Assembly (NCBI GenBank): GCA_944363735.1 | Contig: CALVVB010000001.1 | Location: 91,605-155,604 of the forward strand | Reading direction: 5' to 3' | Length of the DNA stretch: 64,000 nt | Origin: an uncultured Bacilli bacterium | Lineage (GTDB): Bacteria; Bacillota_I; Bacilli_A; RF39; UBA660 | Shown: positions 52,542 through 62,429 of the stretch, piece by piece | Numbering within the stretch: the stretch's first letter is position 1 | Layout of the letters: each line of letters opens with the position of its first letter | Position numbers and translations under genes: made by a program | The notes under the pieces: generated by a model | What the model was told of the DNA's origin: nothing | The model's database searches: none | Seen by the model: the letters and a program-made list of their open reading frames with translations, nothing else

Positions 52542-53768
52542 ATGACATTAAAAGAAATAGATGTTAAGACATTTGAAAATTATGCTAAAAAGAGTCCTTA
52601 TAGGACTTTTATGCAAACAGAAGAAGTAGGAAAATTAAGGAAGTTAAATGGTTGGACAGCCTACTACTTAGGACTATATAATAATGATAAACTAGTTGGA
52701 GCGACTCTTCTAGTAGGTAAGAAAAGACACTTTAATAAGTATGAATTTTATGCCCCACGTGGACCTTTAGTGGATTATTCTGATGAGAAAACTCTAACAA
52801 AATTTTTAAAACTACTAACAAATTTCGTCAAAAAACATCAAGGCTATGTTCTAAGAATAGACCCTTATGTACCTTACAAAGAACGTAACGGTAAAGGAGA
52901 AATAATTAAAGATGGTTATGATAACACAAACATTGTAAACACTATTTTAAATACAGGATTTACTAGTGTGACTTATGATGATAGAGAACAAGTAACCTTT
53001 ATGTATGCTCTAGATACTAAAGATAAAACAGAAGATGAAATAATGAAAAATATGAAATCTAACACTAGAAATCTAATTAGAAAAAATATAAAAAATGGAA
53101 TAGAGATAGTAGAACTAACAAAAGATAATTTAGATGAATTTTATAAAATAATGCAAAGTACTGGTTCAAGAAAAGGATTTGATATTAGAAATATTAACTA
53201 TTACCAAAACATGTATGACTTGTTTAGTAAGAAAAATGAAATAAAATATTTAGTAACTAAACTAGATTTATCTAAATATATTAAAATGCTAGAAAATGAA
53301 TTAGAAAGTAATATTGATAAGAAGAATAAGCTTAGTGATAATAAAAATAATGATGGTAAAAGAAAAGCTTTAGATGAGACTATTAATGGTTTTAATAAGA
53401 AGATAGAATTAGCGAAGGAAGAAAAAGAAAAATATGGAGATGTTATCACTCTATCAGGTTCTATGTTCATAATGACTAAACCGGAAGTAGTATATCTATC
53501 TAGTGGTAATTATGAAGAATTCTTATCTTATAATTCACAGTACTTAATCCAGTGGGAAATGATTAAATATGCTATTAATAATGGCTATGATAGATATAAC
53601 TTCTATGGGATACCTAATACCTTTGATGATAAAAATGATAAAGACTATGGAATTTATGAGTTTAAAACAGGTTTTAATGGCTATATAGAAGAGTTAATAG
53701 GTGAATTTGAAATAAAGACATCTCCAGTTTATTATTTAATAAAATTAATTCATAAAATAAGACATTAA
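52542..53768 (+). CDS. FemAB-family aminoacyltransferase (Fem paralogue 2)
   Basis: 408 aa. Same architecture as the other three Fem ORFs. Starts 2 nt after the flippase gene. Confidence 0.75.
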   Translation: MTLKEIDVKTFENYAKKSPYRTFMQTEEVGKLRKLNGWTAYYLGLYNNDKLVGATLLVGKKRHFNKYEFYAPRGPLVDYSDEKTLTKFLKLLTNFVKKHQGYVLRIDPYVPYKERNGKGEIIKDGYDNTNIVNTILNTGFTSVTYDDREQVTFMYALDTKDKTEDEIMKNMKSNTRNLIRKNIKNGIEIVELTKDNLDEFYKIMQSTGSRKGFDIRNINYYQNMYDLFSKKNEIKYLVTKLDLSKYIKMLENELESNIDKKNKLSDNKNNDGKRKALDETINGFNKKIELAKEEKEKYGDVITLSGSMFIMTKPEVVYLSSGNYEEFLSYNSQYLIQWEMIKYAINNGYDRYNFYGIPNTFDDKNDKDYGIYEFKTGFNGYIEELIGEFEIKTSPVYYLIKLIHKIRH

Positions 53769-53776
53769 GGAGTACT

Positions 53777-54373
53777 ATGGAAAGTAAAAACTTAAATGAA
53801 CAATTAAAAGACTTAGAAGAAATACTATTTAAAAATGAAACTTTAAAAGAAGTATTAAGACGATTAGAGAAATCTAACTTAAAAAATTATTATGTAGGAG
53901 CAGGATGTATTAATCAAACTGTCTTTAACTATCTACACGGTTTTAGGATAGATGCTAATATAAATGATTATGATATTGTCTATTATGATGAAGATACATC
54001 TTATGAAAAAGAAGATATAGTAATCAAATATGTAGAAGACTTGTTAAGTGATTTAACTATAAAACTAGATATAAAAAACGAAGCAAGAGTCCATATATGG
54101 TATAACGAAAAATATGGTAAAAACATAAAACCATACAAAAGTGTTGAAGATGCAATTGCAAGATGGGGAACAACTATAACTTGTATAGGAGTAAGACTTG
54201 AGAATAATAAATTAATAGTAACCGCTCCATATGGGCTTAATGATTTGTTTAATATGATAATAAGACCCGTAAAAATAGATTTCAAAGAAGAAGATTATTT
54301 AAAGAAAGTAAATAAGTGGAAAAAGAAATGGCCTAAATTAACAATTATGCCTTGGAAAGAGGAGGACTTATGA
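53777..54373 (+). CDS. nucleotidyltransferase-family protein (small, about 200 aa)
   Basis: YYVGAGCINQTVFNYLHG and an acidic cluster NDYDIVYYDED. The pattern resembles small nucleotidyltransferase-family proteins of Firmicutes. Confidence 0.4.
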   Translation: MESKNLNEQLKDLEEILFKNETLKEVLRRLEKSNLKNYYVGAGCINQTVFNYLHGFRIDANINDYDIVYYDEDTSYEKEDIVIKYVEDLLSDLTIKLDIKNEARVHIWYNEKYGKNIKPYKSVEDAIARWGTTITCIGVRLENNKLIVTAPYGLNDLFNMIIRPVKIDFKEEDYLKKVNKWKKKWPKLTIMPWKEEDL

Positions 54374-55380
54374 TTTATCCAGAATTTCTAAAAGAACACG
54401 ATACTATCGGTGTAACTGCACCATCAGATGGTATTACTGATGAAGTTAAACTTAAAAGATTAGATAATGCCATTAAAAATTTTGAAGATAGAAGCTTTAT
54501 AATAAAAGAAACACCTAATGTTAGATGTAGTGTTAAAGGAAGAAGTAGTTCTTCTAAAGAAAGAGCAGAGGAGCTAGAAAGACTTTATAAAGACGATAAT
54601 GTTAAAACAATTATTACATCAGGCGGAGGTGACTTCTTACTTGAAATGCTAAGTGAATTAGACTTTAATGTAATTAAAGATAATCCTAAATGGTTACAAG
54701 GTTATTCTGATCCAACAGGACTACTATTTACAATTACAACTAACCTAGATATTGCCACAGTTTACTCTGATAATTTTAAAACATTTGGAATGGAACCTTG
54801 GCATAAATCATTAGAGAATAATCTTGAAATACTAAAAGGTAATATTATAGAACAGACAAGTTTTTCTAAATATGAAGAAGATAAGAAATTAATAACAGGG
54901 TTAGAACCTTTTAATCTAACAAAGAAAGTCTATTGGAAGAATTTAAATAATGAAGAGGTTATTAACATAAAAGGAAGAATAATAGGTGGATGCCTTGACC
55001 TTATTACAGAACTTTTCGGCACAAGATTTGATAATACTAAAGCTTTTCTAGAAAAGTATAAAGATGATGGTATTATTTGATACTTTGATGTTTGTGAGTT
55101 ATCTAGTGAATCTCTTATTAGAACCCTTTGGAAATTAAAAGATAATGGCTATTTTAAATACACTAAAGGAATTATTTTTGGTAGAAGTTTTATTTATAAT
55201 AGTTATTATGATATTTCTTATGAAGAGACAATTTATGAATCTTTAAAGGATTTAAATATACCAATAATTATAAATGCAGATATAGGACATGTTTCTCCTA
55301 GAATGACTATTATAAATGGAGCAATAGCAACTATTACTTCATCTAAAGGAAAAGGAAAAATAAAATTCACTTTAAAATAA
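54370..55380 (+). pseudogene. LD-carboxypeptidase (peptidase S66) interrupted by an in-frame TGA at 55078-55080
   Basis: The N-terminal part (MIYPEFLKEHDTIGVTAPSDG...) and the C-terminal part (YFDVCELS...ADIGHVSP...) are in the same frame, separated only by TGA. Together they give a full-length S66 protein of about 336 aa. Confidence 0.6.
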
Positions 55381-55397
55381 AAATTAAAGGTGTTATT

Positions 55398-55682
55398 ATG
55401 GATTTTATGTTTTTATTATTTTTATATTTACCATCAATTATCATAGTTAGTTCTATTTTAATTTTTCCTATTATGTTTATAAAGATTTTAAGTAGTTATA
55501 GAAAAAAGAATGATTTAAATACTAAAAAAATAATTACAAAAATTATAATTTTAATATCCTTAGCATTTTTTAGTTTTATTTTCTATTTTCTAGCTTTTCT
55601 TACCAACTCCATTGTTTTCTACTTATCTGTTATCTTATTAATAATCTATTTAATAACATCAATAATATTTATTATCCGTTGA
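55398..55682 (+). CDS. small hypothetical membrane protein
   Basis: 94-aa ORF with three hydrophobic helices. Confidence 0.35.
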   Translation: MDFMFLLFLYLPSIIIVSSILIFPIMFIKILSSYRKKNDLNTKKIITKIIILISLAFFSFIFYFLAFLTNSIVFYLSVILLIIYLITSIIFIIR

Positions 55683-56389
55683 TATTCGTAAAAGAGGTAA
55701 TTAAAATGATATATGAAGATTTAATTAAACAATATGAAGCATTAACTGAAGAAGAAAAGAATACTTTACTAGTCTATAAATCAAGACTAGGAAGAGCGAT
55801 TAACTCTTTAGATAATAATGATTTAGAAATAAAAGAAATCTATGAGAAATATAAAAGTTTAGTAGAAAATCCCAAGAATATTTTTATGAAATTTTCTGTT
55901 TTTAAAGATATCTCTTTTAAAAGTTTAGAAGAGTTTATTGAAAGTTTGATAAAAGTAAAAGAAAAATTAAATGAGATATCTAAAAAAATAATACTAACTG
56001 AGGATATAACTGTATATAGAGCATTTTCTATAAGCAATGAAGAAAAATTAATACCTTTATCTAAAGCTAATTTAGTTTCAAACAGTTTAAATATTAATGA
56101 ATGTAGTAAATATTTAATTCCTAATAAAGGTTACATCCATTATCTATATCAAATTAATTTAGAAAAAGGTTCTATGGTTACAATTTGTCCCTACAGAATA
56201 TTAATAGATAATAATGATAGATTAACATTAACTAAAGAAAATGATAGTGAAGAGATAATCATAAGTAAAGATAATTATGATTTTGAAGAAGTAATGGAAA
56301 CAACAACTGAATTCACTGATAATGAAGAATTAAATATAATTAGTGTTAATGCTATATCTAAATTAAAAGATACAAAACTAAAAAGATGA
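55679..56389 (+). CDS. hypothetical protein
   Basis: 236-aa ORF overlapping the upstream ORF by 4 nt. No family recognised. Confidence 0.4.
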   Translation: MIFVKEVIKMIYEDLIKQYEALTEEEKNTLLVYKSRLGRAINSLDNNDLEIKEIYEKYKSLVENPKNIFMKFSVFKDISFKSLEEFIESLIKVKEKLNEISKKIILTEDITVYRAFSISNEEKLIPLSKANLVSNSLNINECSKYLIPNKGYIHYLYQINLEKGSMVTICPYRILIDNNDRLTLTKENDSEEIIISKDNYDFEEVMETTTEFTDNEELNIISVNAISKLKDTKLKR

Positions 56390-56398
56390 CCGTCAAAG

Positions 56399-57691
56399 TC
56401 ATCTTTTAATATTTTTAAGCTTATGATAAAGAGCATAACTAACCTTATAAGCATGATACCAGAAAGGACTAATAATAAGATCAAATTCTCCAATTAATTC
56501 TACTACTTGTCCTCCAAAACTCTTCTTAAATAGATAAAGTCCAAGTAAAGGATTATTTTCACTAAAGTCACCTGTTATACCATAGAAGTTATATATATCA
56601 TAGCCATGTTCAATCGCATACTTAACACCTGCAAAGTGAAGAGTATAAGCAGATTGAAAACTCATAAGTTCTGCTTTAGAACCACCATATAGCGATAATA
56701 CTTCTTTACCATAGATTAAGAATAGAATTCCTCCAAGTATTGGTTTGTCTCCATACTTTTCTTTCATATCTTTAGTTTTTTCAATATTATTTTTTAATCT
56801 TTCAATCTCGTTTTTTTCAAACTCTTGCTTACTATGATATTTCTTCTCATTCATAGGCTTACTTTTATCTTCAAATTGTTTTTTTCTCATGTTAATAGAT
56901 TTTTCTAAAGATTTAATATCTTTTTCCGTATTTTTTATTTCTTCATCGAAATCAATTTCCGCAATTAATATTTTTAAAATACCATCATCATACAAACTAT
57001 CCCACATATTCTCATAATATGACAAAGGTCTATCAATAAATTCCCTACGTTCTCCTGTATGTTGCATAATATCTTTAAATATAGGTAATTCATCTCTTGT
57101 AATCTCTCTAACCTTTACCCCAAGTCTTTCATTCTTTCTTAGAATTTGTCTTGTCTTAGGATCCATATCTTTCATAACCTCATCAACTGTTCTATCTTTA
57201 ACCGTAATAGTATGCATCCATCTAGGTTGTAGAGAATCTTGCATTAAATTAAATCCAAAATGTTTATAACCTAACTTCTTTAAATTATCTACAGTATCAC
57301 TATTATCGATACCATCTTCAACTAAATCACCATTCAAATCTCTTTGTTTATACATAACATAAGGGTCTATCTTAATAAAAATACCACCTTTATTTTTAGC
57401 GAACTTCTTAACTTCTTCTGTAAACTCTCTTAATAAATTAAAGTTATGATAATCTATTAAAAAGCCTCTAGGTGAATAAAACATATACTTCTTAACAATA
57501 GGAACTTCTTTTGCAAGAAGTAAAGCCGCTGCTGTTAAACTTTCTTTTTCATCATATAAACCTACTACATAATGACACCAACCATTATGCTCTTTTAACT
57601 TAGCCCATCCCTTAGTCTGATGAAAAGTCGCTTCATCAGTAGTTAAAGCAAAGTTTTCTAATTCTTCAAAACTAATCTCTTTTAATTTCAT
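56399..57691 (-). CDS. FemAB-family aminoacyltransferase (Fem paralogue 3)
   Basis: 430 aa. FemAB architecture with a coiled-coil insert. Confidence 0.75.
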   Translation of the reverse strand: MKLKEISFEELENFALTTDEATFHQTKGWAKLKEHNGWCHYVVGLYDEKESLTAAALLLAKEVPIVKKYMFYSPRGFLIDYHNFNLLREFTEEVKKFAKNKGGIFIKIDPYVMYKQRDLNGDLVEDGIDNSDTVDNLKKLGYKHFGFNLMQDSLQPRWMHTITVKDRTVDEVMKDMDPKTRQILRKNERLGVKVREITRDELPIFKDIMQHTGERREFIDRPLSYYENMWDSLYDDGILKILIAEIDFDEEIKNTEKDIKSLEKSINMRKKQFEDKSKPMNEKKYHSKQEFEKNEIERLKNNIEKTKDMKEKYGDKPILGGILFLIYGKEVLSLYGGSKAELMSFQSAYTLHFAGVKYAIEHGYDIYNFYGITGDFSENNPLLGLYLFKKSFGGQVVELIGEFDLIISPFWYHAYKVSYALYHKLKNIKR

Positions 57692-58982
57692 CTTTAAGTT
57701 CCTTCTTCTTTCTTTTCTTAATCATATTTCGATAAATTGGTACTACCTTAGTAAAAGCAAAGTAATAAAGCGGTTTAACTACATAGTCAAATTCTCCCAT
57801 AAACTCAACATAGTCACCACCAAATTTCTTTTTAAACTCGTGTAGACCAAGTCTAGGATTATCTTTACTTAAGTCCCCAATCGTACCGAACTGATCATAT
57901 ATCTTTAATCCTCTATCTTTACAAAACTTTAAATGCTCATAATAAGTATGATAATTAACATAAGTTTCTGTTAAGATATTGTGATTACCTGCATAAAGAA
58001 CCCAAGCTTTATCACCATACTCTAAAATCATATGGGCAGATAATGTTACTTCTTCACCATATTCTTTCAAATAGTCATTATATTTGTCTACTTCTTTTTC
58101 TAAGTTTTCTTTTTGCCTTGTAAGTTCCTTAAGTTTGTTTTTAGCACTCTTAGACATATTTTCTTTAGGAAGTTCATCTATTTTCTTATTGACATCATCT
58201 AAATCATTTTCTAATACTTCTAAACTCTCCTTAATATTAACTTTACCTAAAAATAAAGTCGCTTTATTATCTTCATTAAATAGTCTATATAAAGATTTAT
58301 AATAATCTATCCCATAAGAAACAAAATCTTTTCTAGATTCAGTTAACATCATTAAATGATAAAATGTTTTTAAATCTTTTTCAGTTCCTATTTCTACTTT
58401 AGTCTTAAGTTTAAGAGATTTAGCAATTCTTTGTCTTGTTGTCTTTGAAAAGTGACTCTCAATTTCTTCCATAGATTTGGTTAAATCTATTCTAAAAGTA
58501 TATCTTGGCTGAGCACTTTCAAAATTCTTAGTAAAACCCATATGCTTATAACCTAGTCTAAGCAACTCATTATAAATATTTTTATCTTTAGACTCAACTT
58601 CTGTAACTTCACCTTTATAGTCTTCCTTCTTCCAAATAATATCAGGATCAATCTTTACGTAAATTGCCTTCTTCCTCTTAGCAAACTTAACAATCTCTTC
58701 TGTAAACTTATCTAATATTTTTTTGTCACTAAAATTAATTACATACCCTCTTGGCGCATATAAATAGCATAATCCTAAAGGAAGACTTTTCTTAAGTAAA
58801 AGAGTCGCTCCTACTATTGTTCCATTATCATCAAGTCCTAAATAATAAGGAGTAAGACCTCTTTCCTCTTTAGCAAGACATCCCCAATCATAAGACTGTA
58901 AAAAATGACTCTTATAAGGATTAGTCTTTACAAATTTTTCATATTCATCTTTTTCTAAAACTCTTAATTCCATTCTTATCAC
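57672..58982 (-). CDS. FemAB-family aminoacyltransferase (Fem paralogue 4)
   Basis: 436 aa. Its 3' end overlaps paralogue 3 by 20 nt, so the pair is probably co-transcribed and coupled. Confidence 0.75.
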   Translation of the reverse strand: MIRMELRVLEKDEYEKFVKTNPYKSHFLQSYDWGCLAKEERGLTPYYLGLDDNGTIVGATLLLKKSLPLGLCYLYAPRGYVINFSDKKILDKFTEEIVKFAKRKKAIYVKIDPDIIWKKEDYKGEVTEVESKDKNIYNELLRLGYKHMGFTKNFESAQPRYTFRIDLTKSMEEIESHFSKTTRQRIAKSLKLKTKVEIGTEKDLKTFYHLMMLTESRKDFVSYGIDYYKSLYRLFNEDNKATLFLGKVNIKESLEVLENDLDDVNKKIDELPKENMSKSAKNKLKELTRQKENLEKEVDKYNDYLKEYGEEVTLSAHMILEYGDKAWVLYAGNHNILTETYVNYHTYYEHLKFCKDRGLKIYDQFGTIGDLSKDNPRLGLHEFKKKFGGDYVEFMGEFDYVVKPLYYFAFTKVVPIYRNMIKKRKKKELKDEIKRD

Positions 58983-59053
58983 AACCTATATAAAGTATAA
59001 TTTATTTAATAACACCTGTCAATTTTAGTATACCCTAAAAATTATAATATAAC

Positions 59054-59073
59054 AAAAAAGAGCTTTCGCTCTT
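59054..59073 (-). terminator. intrinsic terminator for the minus-strand gene 59072-59317
   Basis: On the minus strand, a hairpin (aagagc gaaa gctctt) is followed by TTTTTT. Confidence 0.5.
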
Positions 59074-59317
59074 ACATCATATATTTATCATTGGTATTTC
59101 CATATCCAGTAGATTGACTATCATAATTTCTAGGACTAATCATAGAAGATTCAATTCTATTAACTCTATTTTCTAATCTTCTCATTTGTCTTTCAAGTCT
59201 ATTTACTTGATTTTCAAGACTATTAAGCCTTTGATTTATACTGTTAAAATTTTGCCATCCTCCCATATTAGGGTTCATATTAGGATTATTTGGCCACATA
59301 GGCATACCTTGATTCAT
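59072..59317 (-). CDS. small hypothetical protein with an Asn/Pro/Met-rich N-terminus and a coiled-coil region
   Basis: 81-aa ORF (MNQGMPMWPNNPNMNPNMGGWQNF, then heptad-like LNSLENQVNRLERQMRRLENRVNRIE). Confidence 0.4.
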   Translation of the reverse strand: MNQGMPMWPNNPNMNPNMGGWQNFNSINQRLNSLENQVNRLERQMRRLENRVNRIESSMISPRNYDSQSTGYGNTNDKYMM

Positions 59318-59401
59318 AAATTTAACCTCACTTTCAAGATATTATATTCCAAACATTCCACTTTTATGATAAACTGTTAAATATAAACAGGAGGAATTAT
59401 T

Positions 59402-60028
59402 ATGCGACTTAGAAATGTAAAAAATAAAGAAGATATATTAAATAACTGCCCATACCTAATAGAAAATCCTGAAAATTACAAAGGTAAATGGTCTGATTTA
59501 TTTAATAATGATAATCCTATCTATATTGAAATAGGTATGGGAAAAGGTAAGTTTATATTAGAAAATGCCATTAATAACCCTAACATTAATTATGTAGGAA
59601 TAGAAAGATTTGATAGTGTAATTGCTAAAGCAATTAATAGGATAGATAAAGGACTTCCAAATTTAAAACTAATTAGAATGAATGCATTAGATATAGATAA
59701 TATTTTTTCTAAAGAAATAGAATTAATTTATCTTAACTTTTCAGATCCGTGGCCCAAAAAAAGATGGTATCATCGTCGGTTAACAAGTCCTATATTTCTA
59801 AAAAAATATGACTCTTTATTTAAAAATTCTAAAAGAATAGAAATGAAAACAGATAATGAATCACTATTTATTTACTCACTTGAAACACTAAGTAGTGATG
59901 GCTATAGTTTGAGTGATATATCTTTTGACTTCCATCAAACACATGAAAATATAATTATGAGTGAGTATGAGATTAGATTCAGTAAAGAAGGGAAAAATGT
60001 CTATCATCTTTTTGCAGAAAAAAAGTGA
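59402..60028 (+). CDS. trmB: tRNA (guanine46-N7)-methyltransferase
   Basis: IEIGMGKG SAM motif and FSDPWPKKRWYHRR TrmB signature. 208 aa. Confidence 0.88.
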   Translation: MRLRNVKNKEDILNNCPYLIENPENYKGKWSDLFNNDNPIYIEIGMGKGKFILENAINNPNINYVGIERFDSVIAKAINRIDKGLPNLKLIRMNALDIDNIFSKEIELIYLNFSDPWPKKRWYHRRLTSPIFLKKYDSLFKNSKRIEMKTDNESLFIYSLETLSSDGYSLSDISFDFHQTHENIIMSEYEIRFSKEGKNVYHLFAEKK

Positions 60029-60077
60029 CAAAATAAATAGATATTTGGTATAATGGTATAAGAGTAGGTGTTGCATA

Positions 60078-60752
60078 TTGAAAAAGAAACTATTAATATT
60101 AACATTATCAATTTTAACCCTAACAGGTTGTACAAATTTAACTAATGCAAATCTTGATAAAATAACTAATACAATGTTATCATCAAAAACTAATCTTACA
60201 AACAATGTATTTGATGGTTATAAGTATTATGTTCCAAGGGGTTTAAGAATGGTTATGAAAAATGATTATAATGCTAGTTTTTTAGATGAATATAATAATA
60301 CCTACTATCTTTATATTGATATTATTAGCTATTATAATAATGAAAAACTAGATTATAATATAAATAAAGATGCTTACTTTTCTAAAGAACTAGATTACAA
60401 TAAGAAAGAAGGATATTTAGAAATAACAAAAGTTAAAGACAGTAATTATTATTTTATTGAGTACATGTACAATTATGGTAAAATAGAAGCTTTTGTTAAA
60501 GAAAAAGAATTAAATAGTGCTATTATAAATATGAGTTGTGTTCTATCATCGCTAAAGTTTAATAGAACCGTTTTAGAAACGATCGTTGGTAATAAAGTTT
60601 TAAACTATAAAGAAGATATTTATGATGTTATGAAACCTAAAGGTAGTACTGCTACTAAAGATACCTATCTAGAATATGAAGAAAAATATGGTATTTACGA
60701 AGGTTATGGCAATAATAAAGAAGAAGATAAAATTGAGATTCAGGAAAACTAA
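60078..60752 (+). CDS. hypothetical lipoprotein
   Basis: TTG start. Signal peptide with a lipobox (LTLTGCT). Confidence 0.5.
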   Translation: MKKKLLILTLSILTLTGCTNLTNANLDKITNTMLSSKTNLTNNVFDGYKYYVPRGLRMVMKNDYNASFLDEYNNTYYLYIDIISYYNNEKLDYNINKDAYFSKELDYNKKEGYLEITKVKDSNYYFIEYMYNYGKIEAFVKEKELNSAIINMSCVLSSLKFNRTVLETIVGNKVLNYKEDIYDVMKPKGSTATKDTYLEYEEKYGIYEGYGNNKEEDKIEIQEN

Positions 60753-60778
60753 AAATATGGAAAGGTGGAGTTTAACAT

Positions 60779-61726
60779 ATGAAACTATTAGATAAGTTAA
60801 AAAATGCTCTTTTTGAAGAAGAATATGTAGAGGTGGAAGAAAAAAAAGAGGTGAAGAAAAAAGAGAAGCCTATAGCAAAAAAAATAATAGTAGATGATAA
60901 ACCTAAAAAAACACCAGTTAAAGAAGATTTAATTGTTGAAGAGGAAAAGAAAGACACACCTAATAGAGACTTCAAATTTAAAGCCATATTAGATGATGAT
61001 TTTATAGATTTAGATCAAGAAAAAAAGGAAGAAAAAAAACCTAAAGAAGATACTAAATTAGAAATAAAAAAAGAAGTTAAAGAAAAAAGACCACTGTATC
61101 AAGGAGAAAAGAAAAAAGAAGAAAGAACCATTTATGGGCCTAATCCTAATATAGATAAAGAAATTAAAATGCATGAATATGGTAGTTATGAAAAGCAAAA
61201 AGAGAGAAAAGAGTTCCATCCTTCTCCAATAATTTCTCCAATTTATGGAGTTTTGGATCAAAATTACAAAAAAGACGATATTGTGACAAAGAAAGAGATT
61301 AGAATAACAAGTAGTTATAAATCAAGAAATATTGATGTCGATAGCGTTAGAGAAAAAGCTTATGGTAATAATGATGATATCTTTGAAGAAGAGCTAACTT
61401 CTAATAAAAAACATGATCAGAAACAAGTGGAAAACTATGAAATGGATGATAATGAGATAACAGAAGAAGAAAGCTTATTAGATATCAGTGCTGAGAATAC
61501 ACCTTCGGTTGCTAGAGTGACAATGGGAGACGCTGAAGAATATTATAGTGATTTAGGACTAGAATACAACATTGATTATAAGGATGCATCACATGAAAAA
61601 GCAACAGGACGAAGAACAGATTTAAAAGATTTTAAAGAAGATGACTATCAAAAAGAAGACACTAGCATTGAAGACAACTTATTTGATTTAATAGATTCAA
61701 TGTATGATGAAAAGAAAGGAGAATAA
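60779..61726 (+). CDS. hypothetical Lys/Glu-rich protein with an N-terminal amphipathic helix (MKLLDKLKNALF) resembling the N-terminus of SepF
   Basis: 315-aa ORF of low complexity and high charge. The C-terminal region does not match the SepF core. Confidence 0.35.
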   Translation: MKLLDKLKNALFEEEYVEVEEKKEVKKKEKPIAKKIIVDDKPKKTPVKEDLIVEEEKKDTPNRDFKFKAILDDDFIDLDQEKKEEKKPKEDTKLEIKKEVKEKRPLYQGEKKKEERTIYGPNPNIDKEIKMHEYGSYEKQKERKEFHPSPIISPIYGVLDQNYKKDDIVTKKEIRITSSYKSRNIDVDSVREKAYGNNDDIFEEELTSNKKHDQKQVENYEMDDNEITEEESLLDISAENTPSVARVTMGDAEEYYSDLGLEYNIDYKDASHEKATGRRTDLKDFKEDDYQKEDTSIEDNLFDLIDSMYDEKKGE

Positions 61727-61728
61727 TT

Positions 61729-62001
61729 GTGGAATTATTAGGGGTAATTTTGGATAGTCTATTAATAGTATTAGTAATTATTCTAATTATTTTAGCATTA
61801 AAAACTTTAGATACTTTAACTAAAGTAGATGCCATTTTAGATGATACCAAGAGAAAACTAGATAATTTAGATAGTATTTTCTCTCTTATGGGGACAGTTA
61901 GTGATAAATTAACTGTAGTTACTGATACAGTAGTTAGTAGTGTTGTAAGTTTTATAACAAATATTTTTAATAAGAAAGGAAAGGGAGATATTGATGATTA
62001 A
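61729..62001 (+). CDS. YtxG-like (DUF948) small membrane protein
   Basis: GTG start after an AGGAGA ribosome-binding site. N-terminal TM, then a coiled-coil region. Confidence 0.45.
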   Translation: MELLGVILDSLLIVLVIILIILALKTLDTLTKVDAILDDTKRKLDNLDSIFSLMGTVSDKLTVVTDTVVSSVVSFITNIFNKKGKGDIDD

Positions 62002-62401
62002 AAAAAGTGGTGTTGGTAAATTTATAGCAGGAGCTGCTATAGGAGCAGGTTTAGGAATTCTTTTTGCACCTAAAAAAGGTAGTGAAACAAGAAAAGACTT
62101 AAAAGAGAAGTTAGATAATGTAGTTGCTAAAATAAAATCAGTTGATACTGAAGATATTAAAAAAATGTTTGAAGAAAAAGTAGATGAAATTAAAGCTGAA
62201 CTTGAAGATTTAGATAAAGAAAAAGCTTTAAAGATAGCAAAGAAAAAAGGCGAAGAAATAAAGAAAAAGTGTCAAGATTTAGTTAATCTTGCTGTTGCAA
62301 AAGGAACTCCAGTTTTAGAAAAAGCAGCTGAAGAGTTAAGACTTAAAGCTATTGATGTAGTAAGTGAAGTTTTAGAAAAATTAGAAGCAAAAAATAAATA
62401 A
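61994..62401 (+). CDS. YtxH-like protein
   Basis: N-terminus KKSGVGKFIAGAAIGAGLGILFAPKKGSETRKDLKEKL matches the conserved YtxH-family start, followed by a coiled-coil. Confidence 0.6.
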   Translation: MIKKSGVGKFIAGAAIGAGLGILFAPKKGSETRKDLKEKLDNVVAKIKSVDTEDIKKMFEEKVDEIKAELEDLDKEKALKIAKKKGEEIKKKCQDLVNLAVAKGTPVLEKAAEELRLKAIDVVSEVLEKLEAKNK

Positions 62402-62429
62402 TAATTATAAATTTGTTTCAAAATAGAAA

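Noticed and set aside
22071-55080. Possible TGA-to-Trp reassignment (a Mollicutes-like code), suggested by the in-frame TGA in the LD-carboxypeptidase and by TAA codons shortly after each TGA-terminated gene
   Set aside because: TGG is used for Trp throughout the conserved genes. The TGA stops all fall in classic ATGA start/stop overlaps (secY-adk, 22071 ORF-gpmI, 53777 ORF-LdcA). Conserved proteins terminate where expected under the standard code. Nearby TAA codons are expected by chance in 30% GC DNA.
59186-59380. Plus-strand ORF of 64 aa overlapping the minus-strand gene 59072-59317
   Set aside because: It is an antisense shadow ORF. The minus-strand gene has a coherent coiled-coil sequence, a ribosome-binding site and a terminator.
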